DNA of 64,000 nucleotides, from the NCBI GenBank assembly GCA_902523065.1, contig CABYXZ010000001.1, positions 263,540 to 327,539 on the forward strand, read 5' to 3'. Of the stretch, positions 63,316-64,000 are shown in pieces. Origin of the DNA: an uncultured Marinoscillum sp. (GTDB taxonomy: Bacteria > Bacteroidota > Bacteroidia > Cytophagales > MED-G16). Under the pieces are notes generated by a model. The model made no database searches, was not told where the DNA came from, and saw only the letters and a program-made list of their open reading frames with translations. Numbering within the stretch: position 1 is the first letter of the stretch; every line of letters starts with the position of its first letter. Made by a program: the position numbers and the translations under genes.

Positions 63316-64000
63316 ATGAGTTTAATATTATCTAAAAAAATCTACGATATAAAGGAAATACCCAACGAGACGGGTATATACTATTTCATAGACTCACTTA
63401 ATATACCCATATATATTGGTAAAAGTTTAGATTTAAATAAAAGAATTTCTCAACACCTTAACTCCAAATCAAGGAAATCGGAGAAAATTAAAATGAGATT
63501 TGATCATATAAGATATTTAATTACAAGGTCTGAGTTAATTGCACTACTAATTGAATCACAAGAAATAAAAAAAAATACTCCAATACTCAACAGAAAATTA
63601 AGAAAAAAAAAGAGGGCTGTACACGTATCGAAATACATAAACGATAATGGATTATTTGGCTTAAAAATCACAAGGGATATAAAAGATAGTATTTCTAGCT
63701 TCAGATCAACAAAATCAGCTAAATCATTTCTTGAATTTATTTCAGAAAAGTATGGTCTATGTAAAAAATTGAATCATGTAATTTCTGGTAGTCATTGTTG
63801 TTTTTCAATATCATCAAAATCAAAGTCCAAAAAATGTTTGACAGAGGAAAGTAAGATAGTATATAATTCAAAATTCAATAAAATGATTAAATCACTTACT
63901 TTACCAAAAAAAAACTTTACAATATTTAATAAGAAACACAACAAACCTTATCCTTTTGTTTCCGTTAGAAATGGTGTTGTTGAAGGATATGGATTTACAA
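63316..64000 (+). CDS. GIY-YIG nuclease domain protein (UvrC/Cho-like), 3'-truncated by the window edge
   Basis: Read manually because it is not in the track. 'ETGIYYFID...IPIYIGKSLDLNKRISQH...ALLIESQEIKKNTPILNRKLR' covers the GIY, YIG, R and E/N elements. The frame stays open to position 64000. Confidence 0.7.
   Translation, partial: MSLILSKKIYDIKEIPNETGIYYFIDSLNIPIYIGKSLDLNKRISQHLNSKSRKSEKIKMRFDHIRYLITRSELIALLIESQEIKKNTPILNRKLRKKKRAVHVSKYINDNGLFGLKITRDIKDSISSFRSTKSAKSFLEFISEKYGLCKKLNHVISGSHCCFSISSKSKSKKCLTEESKIVYNSKFNKMIKSLTLPKKNFTIFNKKHNKPYPFVSVRNGVVEGYGFT

Noticed and set aside
1-64000. Search for CRISPR arrays, rRNA genes, transposases, integrases, phage structural genes or plasmid functions
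   Set aside because: I saw no regularly spaced direct repeats and no rRNA-like sequence. No ORF has recognisable DDE/tyrosine/serine recombinase or phage capsid/terminase motifs. The window looks like ordinary chromosome plus accessory signalling and surface loci.

Overview
This is a very AT-rich, gene-dense chromosomal fragment, most consistent with a marine Bacteroidota (Flavobacteriia-type) genome. Supporting markers are a T9SS C-terminal sorting domain, CarboxypepD_reg-type TonB-dependent receptors followed by a DUF4249-like lipoprotein, a Lacal_2735-type micro-protein, many 'xAQ' signal-peptide cleavage sites and Tat-signal oxidoreductases. About 65 protein genes and one tRNA-Asn(GTT) are supported. 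I saw no rRNA, CRISPR array, transposase, integrase or prophage. Housekeeping content is dominated by exported peptidases (M20, S9, S10, M24, HtrA, an M16 pair), a two-subunit Na+/solute symporter, an ALDH7-type dehydrogenase, a LolA-like/FtsX/ABC envelope exporter, two TonB receptors and repair enzymes (PD-(D/E)XK nuclease, AlkA, GIY-YIG, dCMP deaminase). The unusual part is roughly 22.9-41.7 kb. (1) Two paralogous TPR-like lipoproteins sit in an operon with a beta-propeller/Y_Y_Y-TM-PP2C (SpoIIE) phosphatase. That operon converges on a sigma-less partner-switching operon (RsbW-like kinase, STAS protein) whose third gene is a GAF-PAS class III adenylate cyclase. (2) Next to it lie a PycTM/DUF5706-like membrane protein and an HD phosphohydrolase, arranged tail-to-tail. 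(3) Five secreted paralogs follow in tandem, each apparently built from two ferredoxin-like alpha+beta repeats, with no recognisable family. (4) A tightly coupled four-gene surface-fibre cluster encodes a T9SS-CTD protein, an OM barrel, a beta-helical fibre with a phage tailspike-like C-terminal autoproteolysis domain, and an unknown protein. All family assignments come from motif reading by eye and need HMM or structure confirmation.
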